From an uncultured Acidobacteriaceae bacterium (GTDB lineage Bacteria > Acidobacteriota > Terriglobia > Terriglobales > Acidobacteriaceae): a stretch of 64,000 bases of DNA. How positions within the stretch are numbered: position 1 is the stretch's first letter; each line of letters opens with the position of its first letter. The notes beneath the pieces were generated by a model, which worked only from the letters and a program-made list of their open reading frames with translations, made no database searches and was not told where the DNA came from. The position numbers were made by a program, and so were the translations under genes. The stretch spans positions 980 to 64,979 of the forward strand of contig CAWCWB010000017.1 of NCBI GenBank assembly GCA_963799155.1, written 5' to 3'. Of this stretch, positions 36,402 to 45,031 are shown piece after piece.

Positions 36402-37007
36402 ATGGCCGTCACACGAAGGCAAAAAGAGGTTCTGGACTTTCTGGAGGCGTTTGTGAGCCGCAACGGCTACTCGCCTTCCTTTGAAGAGATTGCACGCGGC
36501 ATGAGCCTGAAGAGCCTGGCCACCGTGCACAAGCACATCACCAACCTGGAAAAGAAGGGCATGCTGGATCGGGTGCACAACCGCAGCCGGTCGATTGACG
36601 TGCTGCCGCCGGGTACGCGGACGCGATCGAGCCTGAAGCTGCAACTGGCGGGACGCATCGCGGCGGGGCAGCCGGTGGAGGCGATGGAGAGCCCGGAGAC
36701 CATCTCGCTGGCCGACGTGGTGGGCAACCGCGACGTGTTTGCGTTGGAAGTGCGCGGCGACTCCATGCGCGACGAGCACATTATCAACGGCGACTACGTG
36801 CTGGTGGAGCGCACGAAGACGGCGCGGCAGGGCGAGATCGTGGTGGCGCTGGTGCACGGGGCGGAGACTACGCTGAAGCGGTTCTTCCCGGAGGGGAATG
36901 TGGTGCGGCTGCAGCCGGCCAATCTGGAGATGGAGCCGATCTACGTTCCGGCGGCGCAGGTGGCGATCCAGGGGCGGGTGCTGGGCGTGCTGCGGAAGTA
37001 CCGATGA
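36402..37007 (+). CDS. lexA: LexA repressor (SOS regulator, S24 peptidase)
   Basis: MAVTRRQKEVLDFLEAFVSRNGYSPSFEEIARGMSLKSLATVHKHITNLEKKG (winged HTH), then GRIAAGQPVEA (cleavage-site region), VRGDSMRDEHI (Ser) and VVALV..ETTLKRF (Lys). Confidence 0.92.
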   Translation: MAVTRRQKEVLDFLEAFVSRNGYSPSFEEIARGMSLKSLATVHKHITNLEKKGMLDRVHNRSRSIDVLPPGTRTRSSLKLQLAGRIAAGQPVEAMESPETISLADVVGNRDVFALEVRGDSMRDEHIINGDYVLVERTKTARQGEIVVALVHGAETTLKRFFPEGNVVRLQPANLEMEPIYVPAAQVAIQGRVLGVLRKYR

Positions 37008-37010
37008 GGC

Positions 37011-37053
37011 AGTGGTTAGTGGGTAGTGGTTAGTGGGTAGTGGTTGATGGGGA
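37011..37053. repeat. Tandem 7-nt repeats GGTTAGT/GGGTAGT directly after the lexA stop
   Basis: cagtggttagtgggtagtggttagtgggtagtggttgatgggg. Confidence 0.85.
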
Positions 37054-37126
37054 GTGCACGGTGGAGGCGCGGCGGCGCTGACCTAATGAGTCATACGCAT
37101 CGTGCTGACGGGGGCGCGGTGGTTCT

Positions 37127-38044
37127 TTAGCTTGCCTGCTCCGCAATGCGGCGGGCGCGCCAGAGAGCGCCGTTGAGGGCGACGGTTTCGGCTGTTGTGA
37201 CGGGCATCTGGGGCGCGGCGGAGTGAAGGCCGACGAAGAATGCCTCGCGGACGATGGGCATTTTGCCGATCACGCTGCCGGTCCAGGCTGTAGGAACTTC
37301 GGCGGCGATGGCATGCTTGCGGCGCAGCTTGGAGCGGACGAGAAGCACGTTCGCGACGAGATCGGCAGCAGCTTGACGGAGAACGCCGACAGCGACAGGG
37401 TCGCCAGCTTCGGCGAGCTCGTTGATGGCCGGCGCTAAGGCGGCAAAATCAGGCGCGGGAGTGCCGTCACCGACGTTGATCAATTCATCCATGGTGGGCG
37501 TGGCCCAAATCTCGGCCACTTTCTTTAGAACTTCGGTCGGTTCGTCGCGGTCGTAGGCGTTGAGCGCCCGGCGAATGGCGTGCAGACCGATCCAGTAGCC
37601 GGAACCTTCGTCGCCGAGGCGGGAACTCCAGCCACCGGCGGACTCGAAGCCGCCATCGGGGGCGCGCCCGATGGTGTTGGTGCCGGTTCCGGCGATCTGC
37701 AGGATTCCTGGGCCTCCTTGAAAGGCCGCGTCGAGGGCGATAATGTGGTCGCCGACGACCTCAGAGCGCTCGACTGCAAAATCGCGAAAGACGGCGGTGA
37801 TCCACTCCGTGATACCGGGCATGGTGGCGCTGGCTACGCCGCAGGAGGCCGCGCGCACGCCCTTCACGCCAGCCCGCGCGTACACATCCGTGAGCAGAGC
37901 GCGCAAGTTCTCTTCGGCAGCCTCGGCGCCGACGCGCAATCGCTTGATGGAGCCGCTCTCTGCAAAGGCCAGTTGACGCTCACCGTCGACGATGGAGGCG
38001 CGCGTGCGCGTTCCGCCACCGTCGATACCGAGAATCACGCTCAT
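37127..38044 (-). CDS. BadF/BadG/BcrA/BcrD-type ATPase, N-acetylglucosamine kinase-like
   Basis: Reads MSVILGIDGGGTRTRASI.., QIAGTGTN, GGWSSRLGDEGSGYWIG. Confidence 0.8.
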   Translation of the reverse strand: MSVILGIDGGGTRTRASIVDGERQLAFAESGSIKRLRVGAEAAEENLRALLTDVYARAGVKGVRAASCGVASATMPGITEWITAVFRDFAVERSEVVGDHIIALDAAFQGGPGILQIAGTGTNTIGRAPDGGFESAGGWSSRLGDEGSGYWIGLHAIRRALNAYDRDEPTEVLKKVAEIWATPTMDELINVGDGTPAPDFAALAPAINELAEAGDPVAVGVLRQAAADLVANVLLVRSKLRRKHAIAAEVPTAWTGSVIGKMPIVREAFFVGLHSAAPQMPVTTAETVALNGALWRARRIAEQAS

Positions 38045-38106
38045 TGCTTCCCTTCCCTTGCTCCCGCAAATCTCAAAGGATACGGCATCTGGCTACCTTC
38101 AGGGCT

Positions 38107-38175
38107 CTCAGGGGCTAAAGCCCCTCACTCTTTGGCGCGTTTTCGGCATGGCTAAAGCCATGCCCTGGTACAAGA
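38107..38175 (+). repeat. Dispersed two-hairpin repeat element (R2)
   Basis: ctcaggggctaaagcccctcactctttggcgcgttttcggcatggctaaagccatgccctggtacaag. Confidence 0.75.
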
Positions 38176-38345
38176 CCGATCCGTGCAGGATTCGTCTGAC
38201 GCTGCATAAAGCCCCAGGTTTTGCCGGACATTCTCGGCACCTTTCGAATTCGCCCAGGGCGGGCTTTGAAGTCGTGCCCTGATGCAAACCAGATGATGCC
38301 CGTGGCTGACTGCGCATTGAAATGAACCGTTTCACGCAACGAAAC

Positions 38346-39683
38346 CTATTGTTCCGGCGCGGCGCCGTGATCGCGCAGCGTTCCCGAAAGAATGTTCAGG
38401 TTTCCGTCGGATTTTGGCGGATGGTGGCCGAGCATGTGCGCCAACCATGGATAGAGATTGACGTTTTCGAAGGGCGCGACGGTTTTTCCGGGTATGAGAT
38501 CCGGTCCGGCGGCGAAGAAAATGGCCTTCATCTCGGGCAGCATGCGGGGATCGAAGCCATGCATGCCGATGGTGGGCGGGTGATCGTCCTGGCCTGCGGG
38601 CGGAGCATGCGCACGAATCGCATAGGGCCCGGTGGCAACGACGACCGGGTCGCCCTCGCGCGGATTCTGGTTGAAGTTGAGATCGGCGGGAACGTTTTTG
38701 AGGCGATAAACGACGAACTGCGATGAAGCGTGTTTGAGCTGGTCGTACACGCGGGCGCGATCGGCTTCGGCCCTGGCGTAGAGGAGCGAGCCGACGGTCG
38801 AGAAGCCAGTGAGGTCGGCGAATTGGTCGAGGTTGACCCAACCAACTTCCGACTTCACCATGCCGTGATCGCTCACGACCACCAAATCGATGGGCAGGCG
38901 GGTGGCCTTGAGCGCGGCTTCCAGCTTGCCTATGATCGCATCCATCTTGAGCGCGACGGCGCGTGTTTGGGGCGCATCGGGGCCGAACTCGTGGCCCACG
39001 TGGTCGGGTTCAGAGTAGTAAATGGTGATGAAGTGCGGGCGGTCGGCCGCAGGCAGACGCAGCAGGGCCACGGTATCGTCGATGCGAGCCTGTTGGCTCT
39101 CGGGAGTGGGCTCGTTCTTGAAATCGTAGTGCGCGTAGTACGAGGGCCGGAAGCCGGCAATCTTGGCTTCGGAGCCGGGCCAGATCAGGCACGCGGTGCG
39201 CATACCCTGGCTCTCAGCCAGGCTCCAAAGAGGAACGCCGCCATACCAGGAACCATCGGTGACAGCCTGCGGTTGTGTGGATGCGAAGCGAGATCCGCGC
39301 GCGGGATCGAGGAAGCTGTTGGCGACGATGCCGTGGCGCCCAGGATAAAGACCCGTCACCATCGTGTAATGGTTGGGAAAGGTGAGCGAGGGGTAGCTGG
39401 GCAACATGCCTTCGGGGGCCCAGACACCGCGCTTGCCGAGCGCCAGCAGGTGCGTGGCGTTGTCGCGCTTGGCATAGTCCCAGCGAAAACCGTCGAGCGA
39501 AACCAGCACGACGTAGTGCTGGCCTTGCGCCCAGGCTGAGTTGGGGCCGTTGTCGACATGCGTGAGGGGGAGAGCAGGATTGAAGCCGGTTCCCTGCCTT
39601 GCGGGGGTATGTGGAGCGTCGACCTGGACAAAGACGAGAAAGATTGCGGCGAGAGTGAGGCGAGCGATCGTGCGCAATCGCAT
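38346..39683 (-). CDS. Ectonucleotide pyrophosphatase/phosphodiesterase (NPP, alkaline-phosphatase superfamily), secreted
   Basis: Reads VVLVSLDGFRWDY, SLTFPNHYTMVTGLYPGRHGIV, EPDHVGHEFGP, VVSDHGM. Confidence 0.85.
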   Translation of the reverse strand: MRLRTIARLTLAAIFLVFVQVDAPHTPARQGTGFNPALPLTHVDNGPNSAWAQGQHYVVLVSLDGFRWDYAKRDNATHLLALGKRGVWAPEGMLPSYPSLTFPNHYTMVTGLYPGRHGIVANSFLDPARGSRFASTQPQAVTDGSWYGGVPLWSLAESQGMRTACLIWPGSEAKIAGFRPSYYAHYDFKNEPTPESQQARIDDTVALLRLPAADRPHFITIYYSEPDHVGHEFGPDAPQTRAVALKMDAIIGKLEAALKATRLPIDLVVVSDHGMVKSEVGWVNLDQFADLTGFSTVGSLLYARAEADRARVYDQLKHASSQFVVYRLKNVPADLNFNQNPREGDPVVVATGPYAIRAHAPPAGQDDHPPTIGMHGFDPRMLPEMKAIFFAAGPDLIPGKTVAPFENVNLYPWLAHMLGHHPPKSDGNLNILSGTLRDHGAAPEQ

Positions 39684-39743
39684 GCGGAGTACCTTGGAAT
39701 CAGCTTATCGCATGGGGTGAGGGCAAGCTCACGCGGGGATTCG

Positions 39744-40685
39744 CTAGTTGAAGACCCTTGCCCAAACCATGCGCGCAAGCCCTACGGCGAGGATGGCGAG
39801 CTTTTGCAGAAGCGGCACGCTGGCGCGCCGCGTGAAGACATCGTAGTTGGCGCGCTCAATGCGCTTGAGCAGAGCGTGGTAGATGGAAACCAGCACCCAC
39901 AGAGCGGGACGGCTCACGGGGTCGATGAGCGGGAGCAGGTGGCGCGCCGCGCGGTAGTAGCGTTCCGCGAGCCGCGCGATGGCAGCAAAGACTTCCCGCT
40001 GGCCGGGCGTGGGCGGCACGTCCTTGGCGCGATGAAGCAGCGAATCGAGAGTCACTCCGTGTTGCGCGAGTTCTTTAAGAGGCAGATAGACCCGGTTGCG
40101 CGCGGCGTCCTCGGCCACATCGCGCAAGATGTTGGTCAGTTGGAAGGCAATTCCGGTTTCCTCAGCGAGCTTTTCGGCGTGCATGTCGCGGTAGCCAAAG
40201 ATGCGGATGCAGACCAGGCCGACGACCGAGGCCACGAGATAGCAGTAGCGGTAGAGATCGGCGAAGGTCGCGTAGGTGTGCGGAGCGCCGGTGGGAACGT
40301 GGTCCAGATCGAGGATGACGCCGGCCACAAGCTCGTCGAGCAGGACGAGTGGAATCGCGAAGCGCCAGGTCGCGTCGCGCACGGCAAGAAAAACAGGATC
40401 GCTGGTGGCCGCGCCCTTCGCGGTCGCGCCCTTGGCAGCCTCGTGCCAAGCTGCCAGCCAGGCATCGAGGCGGTGGCGGCGCTCCTGGCGCGACAGGCTT
40501 TCGTCGTCGGCGAGGTCGTCAGCCTGCCGCATGAAGGCGTAGACGGCGCAGATGGCGTTGCGTCGCTCGAGTGGAAGAGCGACGAAAGCGTAGTAGAAGT
40601 TCTTGGCTTCGCGCTTGGCGATTGCCCGGCAGGCCGCGTAGGCGCGGGCCAGGTCCAGGTCGTGCGATGGGGCTTTCTGCGTCAA
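39744..40685 (-). CDS. hpnD: Presqualene diphosphate synthase (squalene/phytoene synthase family)
   Basis: AYAACRAIAKREAKNFYYAFVALPLERRNAICAVYAFMRQADDLADDE plus a second Asp-rich region NILRDVAEDAARNRVYLP. The TTG start overlaps the hpnC stop (TTGA). Confidence 0.8.
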   Translation of the reverse strand: MTQKAPSHDLDLARAYAACRAIAKREAKNFYYAFVALPLERRNAICAVYAFMRQADDLADDESLSRQERRHRLDAWLAAWHEAAKGATAKGAATSDPVFLAVRDATWRFAIPLVLLDELVAGVILDLDHVPTGAPHTYATFADLYRYCYLVASVVGLVCIRIFGYRDMHAEKLAEETGIAFQLTNILRDVAEDAARNRVYLPLKELAQHGVTLDSLLHRAKDVPPTPGQREVFAAIARLAERYYRAARHLLPLIDPVSRPALWVLVSIYHALLKRIERANYDVFTRRASVPLLQKLAILAVGLARMVWARVFN

Positions 40686-41679
40686 TCAGTCTTTCCTGTC
40701 GATCGAGCGCCGACCCCCAAAAAGGGCATTGTCTTGGCGCCCAGGGCTCGAGCGGCGAGCGCGAGCTTGGTGCGTTTCGAGATGGCCGGGCGCGCGCTGA
40801 GCACATCGTAATCGCGCTGCTCGATGGCGCGCAAAATCTCCAGGCCGCCACGGCTAAACAGATCGAGGTCGAGGGCGATGTCGCGGCTGACTTTGCCGAT
40901 GAGCGGAAGACCTTTTGCAAAAAGTGAGCGGGCAAAATCGACTTCATGGCGCAGCAGGGCGCGAAACTCCGGAGTCGCGACGCCTTGTGCGATCGTCTCA
41001 TCGCTCACGCCAAAACGGCGCATGTCTTCTTGCGGAATATAGACGCGGCCCTTGGCGAAGTCCACGCGCACATCCTGCCAGAAGTTGGCCAGTTGCAGCG
41101 CGGAACAGGTGGCATCAGAAAGCCTGAAGTTGGTTTCTCGCGCTTCGGGGCCAGCTTCGCCACAGGCGTAGAGCACTAGGCGGCCCACGGGATTCGCCGA
41201 GTAGCGGCAGTAGCCGAGCACATCGTCCATGGTGGCGTATCGGGTGACGGTCTGGTCCTGGCGAAACGCGACGAGCAGGTCGGCAAAAGGCTCCTTGGGA
41301 ATGGCGCAGGCGCGAATGGTCTCGGCCAGCGCCACAAAGACCGGATGGCGCGCGCGGCCCTCATAGCAGGCGTCCAGCTCCCGCCCCCACAAATCCAGCA
41401 GGGCAAGAGCCACGGAGCGGTCGCCGCACTTCGTCGCCCAGATCGTCGGAGATGCGGCAATAGGCGTAGATGGAATGGAAGTGCGGGCGCAGCGCTCTGG
41501 GCAGAGAACCAGGTGGCGACGTGGAAGTTCTCGTAGTGCGTATGGGCCAGTAGGCGGCAGTAGGCGCGCGCTTCTGCGAGCGTGGGTGCAACCTTGGGAA
41601 TGCGATAGCCGGGCGGAAGCGCGGCCCAGCCGCGAGCGACGAGTTCTTCGGACGAAGGCTGGGCGGCGGTGGCGGTCAT
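40682..41679 (-). pseudogene. hpnC: Hydroxysqualene synthase (squalene synthase family) with two frameshifts (about 41505 and 41427)
   Basis: Three frames carry the protein: MTATAAQ..AYCRLLAHTHYENFHVATWF, then LPRALRPHFHSIYAYCRISDDLGDEV, then GDRSVALALLDLWGRELDACYEG..ANFWQDVRVDFAKGRVYIPQEDM... Confidence 0.8.
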
Positions 41680-41694
41680 GGGACTGTTGCATTC

Positions 41695-41875
41695 CCTCAG
41701 GGGCAAATGCCCATCTCTATTTTGCGCCTTTTTCGGCACGAGTAAACTCGTGCCCTGTTACAAAACCGGATAAGGAACCACCTGCTGCAATCGATGTTAT
41801 GTCCGTCGAAAAGCAACCGCAGATCCTTCGACTCGTTTTGGCGAAAAACCACGCCAAAACTCGCTCAGGATGACA
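41695..41875. repeat. Dispersed repeat modules R2 (41695-41765) and R1 (41813-41875) between the ADH gene and hpnC
   Basis: ccctcaggggcaaatgccc..tttttcggcacgagtaaactcgtgccctgttacaaaa; gcaaccgcagatccttcgactcgttttggcg..cgccaaaactcgctcaggatgac. Confidence 0.75.
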
Positions 41876-41908
41876 GCTCATGTTTGTGCTTGGCCGCAGG
41901 TGGGCACT

Positions 41909-43183
41909 TCACGGCACAATGGCCGTCTTGATCTCGGTGGAGCGGTTCATCAGCTTCTCAAAGACGCGGTTGAGCTCGTAGAGGTGAGCGCGGCCGGTAA
42001 TGAAAGCGCCGGCCTGAAACTTCCCGCCGGCAATGAGCGCCAGCGCCTTGCGGCAAATGGCAGGTGTGTGATGGAAGGTGGCGCGCAGAGTGATGTCGCT
42101 ATAGTGGATGCGGTTGGTGTCGAGAATGACGTGGGTGTTGGCGGCGCAGCCGCCAAAGAAGTTCACGGTTCCGCCCTTGCGCACCAACTCGACGGCCTCC
42201 TGCCAGGTCTCGGGCATGCCCACGGCCTCAATGGCGATATCGACGCCGCGGTCGTTTGGCGTGAGCGCCCTGGCATCTTTGATGGCCTTGCGGATGGACG
42301 AGGTGTGCACGATGTGCGCCGCGCCCAACTGCCGCGCCGCGTCTGCCTGGCCGTCGTGTTTGACGATGGCGATGGTTTCGTAGCCGGCCAGCGCAGCCAC
42401 GTGCAGAATCATGAGCCCCAGCGGGCCGCCGCCGATCACCGCGACAATATCGCCCTTTTGGGGATGGGAGTCCTCGAATCCATGGACTGCGCAGGCCAGC
42501 GGCTCGGTGAGCGCGGCGTGCTCCAGCGGCACGTTGTCGGGAATGCGGAGGGTATTCTTGGCGACGATGCGCTCCGGAATCTTGATGAACTCGGCATAGG
42601 CGCCGTTGTTAAAGAGCAGATCGTCGCAGAGGTTCTCCTGGCCGCGCAAGCAGAAGTAGCACTTGCCGCAAGGCGCGGAGTTGAGCGCCACCACGCGGTC
42701 GCCGGGAGCAAAGTCGGTGACTCCCTCGCCCGCTTCGACCACGGTTCCGGCCTGTTCGTGGCCGAACAGCGCCGGAGGAACGATCATGCGCGCGTGATAG
42801 CCGCGGCGAAAGACCTTCAAATCGGTTCCGCAGGTGAGCGCAGCGCCCACCTGAACGACCAGCTCGCCCAGGGCTGCCTTGGGGATAGGAACCTGCTCGA
42901 TGCGGACATCTTCGCGGCCGTGGAGGATGGCGGCGCGCATGGTGACGCGTCCGCCGAGAAGCGCATTCTCTACCGTCTTGCGGCCCTGGTGGACAACGGT
43001 CTCGACCGTCTTGCGGCCCACGACGACAGCCGACTCGACTGTATTCAGGCCGACCTCAACGACCGTCTCGACTGTGTTCAGGCCGCCCTCGACGACGTCC
43101 TCAACTTTTTTGCGGCCTTCTTCGACAACGGTCTTGACCGTTTTGCGGCCCCGGAGGATCGCGGCTTTCACCGTGCTCGCCAT
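41909..43183 (-). CDS. Zn-dependent MDR-family alcohol/polyol dehydrogenase with an ~80-aa N-terminal 11-residue-repeat extension
   Basis: Core reads MRAAILHGREDVRIEQVPIP..CGTDLKVF..GHEQAGTVVEAG..CGKCYFCLRGQENLC..VIGGGPLGLM. The upstream in-frame ATG at 43183 has the SD GGAGGAG 4 nt upstream. The internal Met has no SD. Confidence 0.8.
   Translation of the reverse strand: MASTVKAAILRGRKTVKTVVEEGRKKVEDVVEGGLNTVETVVEVGLNTVESAVVVGRKTVETVVHQGRKTVENALLGGRVTMRAAILHGREDVRIEQVPIPKAALGELVVQVGAALTCGTDLKVFRRGYHARMIVPPALFGHEQAGTVVEAGEGVTDFAPGDRVVALNSAPCGKCYFCLRGQENLCDDLLFNNGAYAEFIKIPERIVAKNTLRIPDNVPLEHAALTEPLACAVHGFEDSHPQKGDIVAVIGGGPLGLMILHVAALAGYETIAIVKHDGQADAARQLGAAHIVHTSSIRKAIKDARALTPNDRGVDIAIEAVGMPETWQEAVELVRKGGTVNFFGGCAANTHVILDTNRIHYSDITLRATFHHTPAICRKALALIAGGKFQAGAFITGRAHLYELNRVFEKLMNRSTEIKTAIVP
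42914..43177. repeat. Eight tandem 33-bp units, in frame within the ADH 5' region
   Basis: Hand-phased units each start gcggcc/caggcc/gcgtcc at 42914, 42947, 42980, 43013, 43046, 43079, 43112 and 43145. They encode GRKTVKTVVEE/GRKKVEDVVEG/GLNTVETVVEV/GLNTVESAVVV/GRKTVETVVHQ/GRKTVENALLG/GRVTMRAAILH. Confidence 0.9.
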
Positions 43184-43202
43184 CAATCTCCTCCTCTGCT
43201 CC

Positions 43203-44360
43203 TTACTCAGCTCCCGCGCCGGGCACAGGCTCCATCATAATCTTCATCGAATCGGCTTTGGGGTGCGAAGCGATTTCGATGGCCGCGGCGGCCTCTTCCA
43301 GCGGGAAGCGGTGCGAAATCAACTGCGTCAGGTCGAAGCCGTTTCGGTACCCGCCAAAAACTATGCCCGTTACTTCGTCCATGAGCGGGAATGAAGAAGA
43401 GTATGAGCCGAGTAAGGTCTTTTCGTCCACACAGACCGCGGCGGGGTCGAATGTGGCCTCGCCGTGCTGCGTTTGGGCAAAGAGCATGACCTTGCCGCCA
43501 GGGCGCACTGCGTCCATGGCCGTGCGGATGAGGGCGTTGCCGCCGACAGCGAGGATCACCGCATCCGCGCCGCGACCGTCGGTCTCGGCAAAGACGCGAT
43601 CGACCACGTTCTCGGTTTCAGCGTGGATCGGGTTCGAGAGGCCGAAACGGGCGGCGATGGCGTGGCGCTCCGGGAAGAGGTCGGAGGTGAGCACGCGGGC
43701 GCCGGTGCGCGCGGCGAGCGCGGCATGCATCAGGCCGATGGGGCCCTGGCCGATGACCAGGACGGTGTCGTCGGGCGCCAGGTTGAGCATCTTTACGCCC
43801 TTCAGAACGGTGTTTACGGGCTCGACGAACGCCGCCTGTTCGAAGGGGACGCCCAAGGGAATGTGGACCACGCCACCCTTGGCGACCAAAAAGTCCATGA
43901 CGCGGATATACTCGGCAAAACCGCCCCCGGATGGCTCGAAGCCGGCTGTGGCGCCGGTTCTTTTGTAGAGCGGGCACTGCGCGGGCGTCTGCTTGCGGCA
44001 GTAGTAGCACTCGCCGCAGGGAACGTGGTGGAAGCTCACCACGCGGTCGCCCACCGCGAATCCGGTGACGCCGGCGCCCACCTGCGCGACCACCCCTGCC
44101 ATCTCGTGGCCGAAGATGCGCGGGGCCGAATGTGAGCCCATGTGGATTTTCTTGAGATCTGTGCCGCAGACGCCGCAGGTAGCGATCTTGATGAGCAGCT
44201 CGCCGGGTCCGATGCGCGGAACAGGGACGGTTTCCAGGCGCATATCGTTGATGCCGCGATAGACGACGGCGCGCATGGCGGAGGGAATTCTGGGATCGAT
44301 ACGCAGTCTGGGATTGGAGATTTGGGTAGCCATTCTATTCTCTGATGCGACCTCGTTCAC
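43203..44360 (-). CDS. Zn-dependent MDR-family alcohol/polyol dehydrogenase (sorbitol/threonine-dehydrogenase-like)
   Basis: Reads CGVCGTDLKK, GHEMAGVVAQVG, CGECYYCRKQTPAQC, VIGQGPIGLM. The GTG start overlaps the hpnG stop (GTGA). Confidence 0.85.
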   Translation of the reverse strand: MNEVASENRMATQISNPRLRIDPRIPSAMRAVVYRGINDMRLETVPVPRIGPGELLIKIATCGVCGTDLKKIHMGSHSAPRIFGHEMAGVVAQVGAGVTGFAVGDRVVSFHHVPCGECYYCRKQTPAQCPLYKRTGATAGFEPSGGGFAEYIRVMDFLVAKGGVVHIPLGVPFEQAAFVEPVNTVLKGVKMLNLAPDDTVLVIGQGPIGLMHAALAARTGARVLTSDLFPERHAIAARFGLSNPIHAETENVVDRVFAETDGRGADAVILAVGGNALIRTAMDAVRPGGKVMLFAQTQHGEATFDPAAVCVDEKTLLGSYSSSFPLMDEVTGIVFGGYRNGFDLTQLISHRFPLEEAAAAIEIASHPKADSMKIMMEPVPGAGAE

Positions 44361-45031
44361 GAGAGAAAATCGAGCAGTGACTCCGCGATGCTTTGGGAAG
44401 CCCGCTTACTATTCTCGCCCATCCGGAGGAGCGCGGGCCAGTACCAAGGCCGGAACACGGCAAAAAATGCAAAGCGCGCGCGGCGGAAGCGGCCATCGGG
44501 CGTGAGGAAGCGGTTGAAGTCGGGGAGGCGGTCGGTGAGGGCGTCGCTGACACCTTTGATGGAATAGAACGGGATGCCGCGCATGGCGGCGAGACGGGCG
44601 ACGGCCGCGGCTTCCATGTCCACGAGGGCGGCTTGGTATGCGGAGGTGAGGCGGCGCTTTTCGGTATATGGAGCCACCTTAGGGCTAGTGGCGAGCCAGA
44701 GTTCTCCAGCGCCCGCATCGCAATGGAAGCGCTCGCCGGTGCGAACGTCGATGACGCCGGCGACGTTGTGGGCCGTGCCGGGGGCGATTTCGGCGCGAAG
44801 CGCTCCGGCCCAGCCGACGGAGAAGACGAGATCGATGGGTCCGCCCTCTTCAATGGCAGCGAAGGTGCGGGTGGCGGCGAATTGGCCGGCGCCGGCGCAG
44901 GCTGCGATCCATTCTTCTTCCTTGTTGCGCCGGGCCCAAAATTGGATGCCATTCCGGGAGCTGTGCGGCCAGTTGCGGACGAGCGGCTTGAGCTCGCCGG
45001 GCATGGCGGCAATGATGGCGACGCGGGTCAT
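44357..45031 (-). CDS. hpnG: Hopanoid-associated phosphorylase-family nucleosidase (adenosylhopane nucleosidase)
   Basis: PNP_UDP_1-like: MTRVAIIAAMPGELKPL.., GWAGAL, LVDMEAAAVA. The ATG overlaps the hpnA stop (ATGA). The call rests on position between hpnA and other hpn genes. Confidence 0.7.
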   Translation of the reverse strand: MTRVAIIAAMPGELKPLVRNWPHSSRNGIQFWARRNKEEEWIAACAGAGQFAATRTFAAIEEGGPIDLVFSVGWAGALRAEIAPGTAHNVAGVIDVRTGERFHCDAGAGELWLATSPKVAPYTEKRRLTSAYQAALVDMEAAAVARLAAMRGIPFYSIKGVSDALTDRLPDFNRFLTPDGRFRRARFAFFAVFRPWYWPALLRMGENSKRASQSIAESLLDFLS

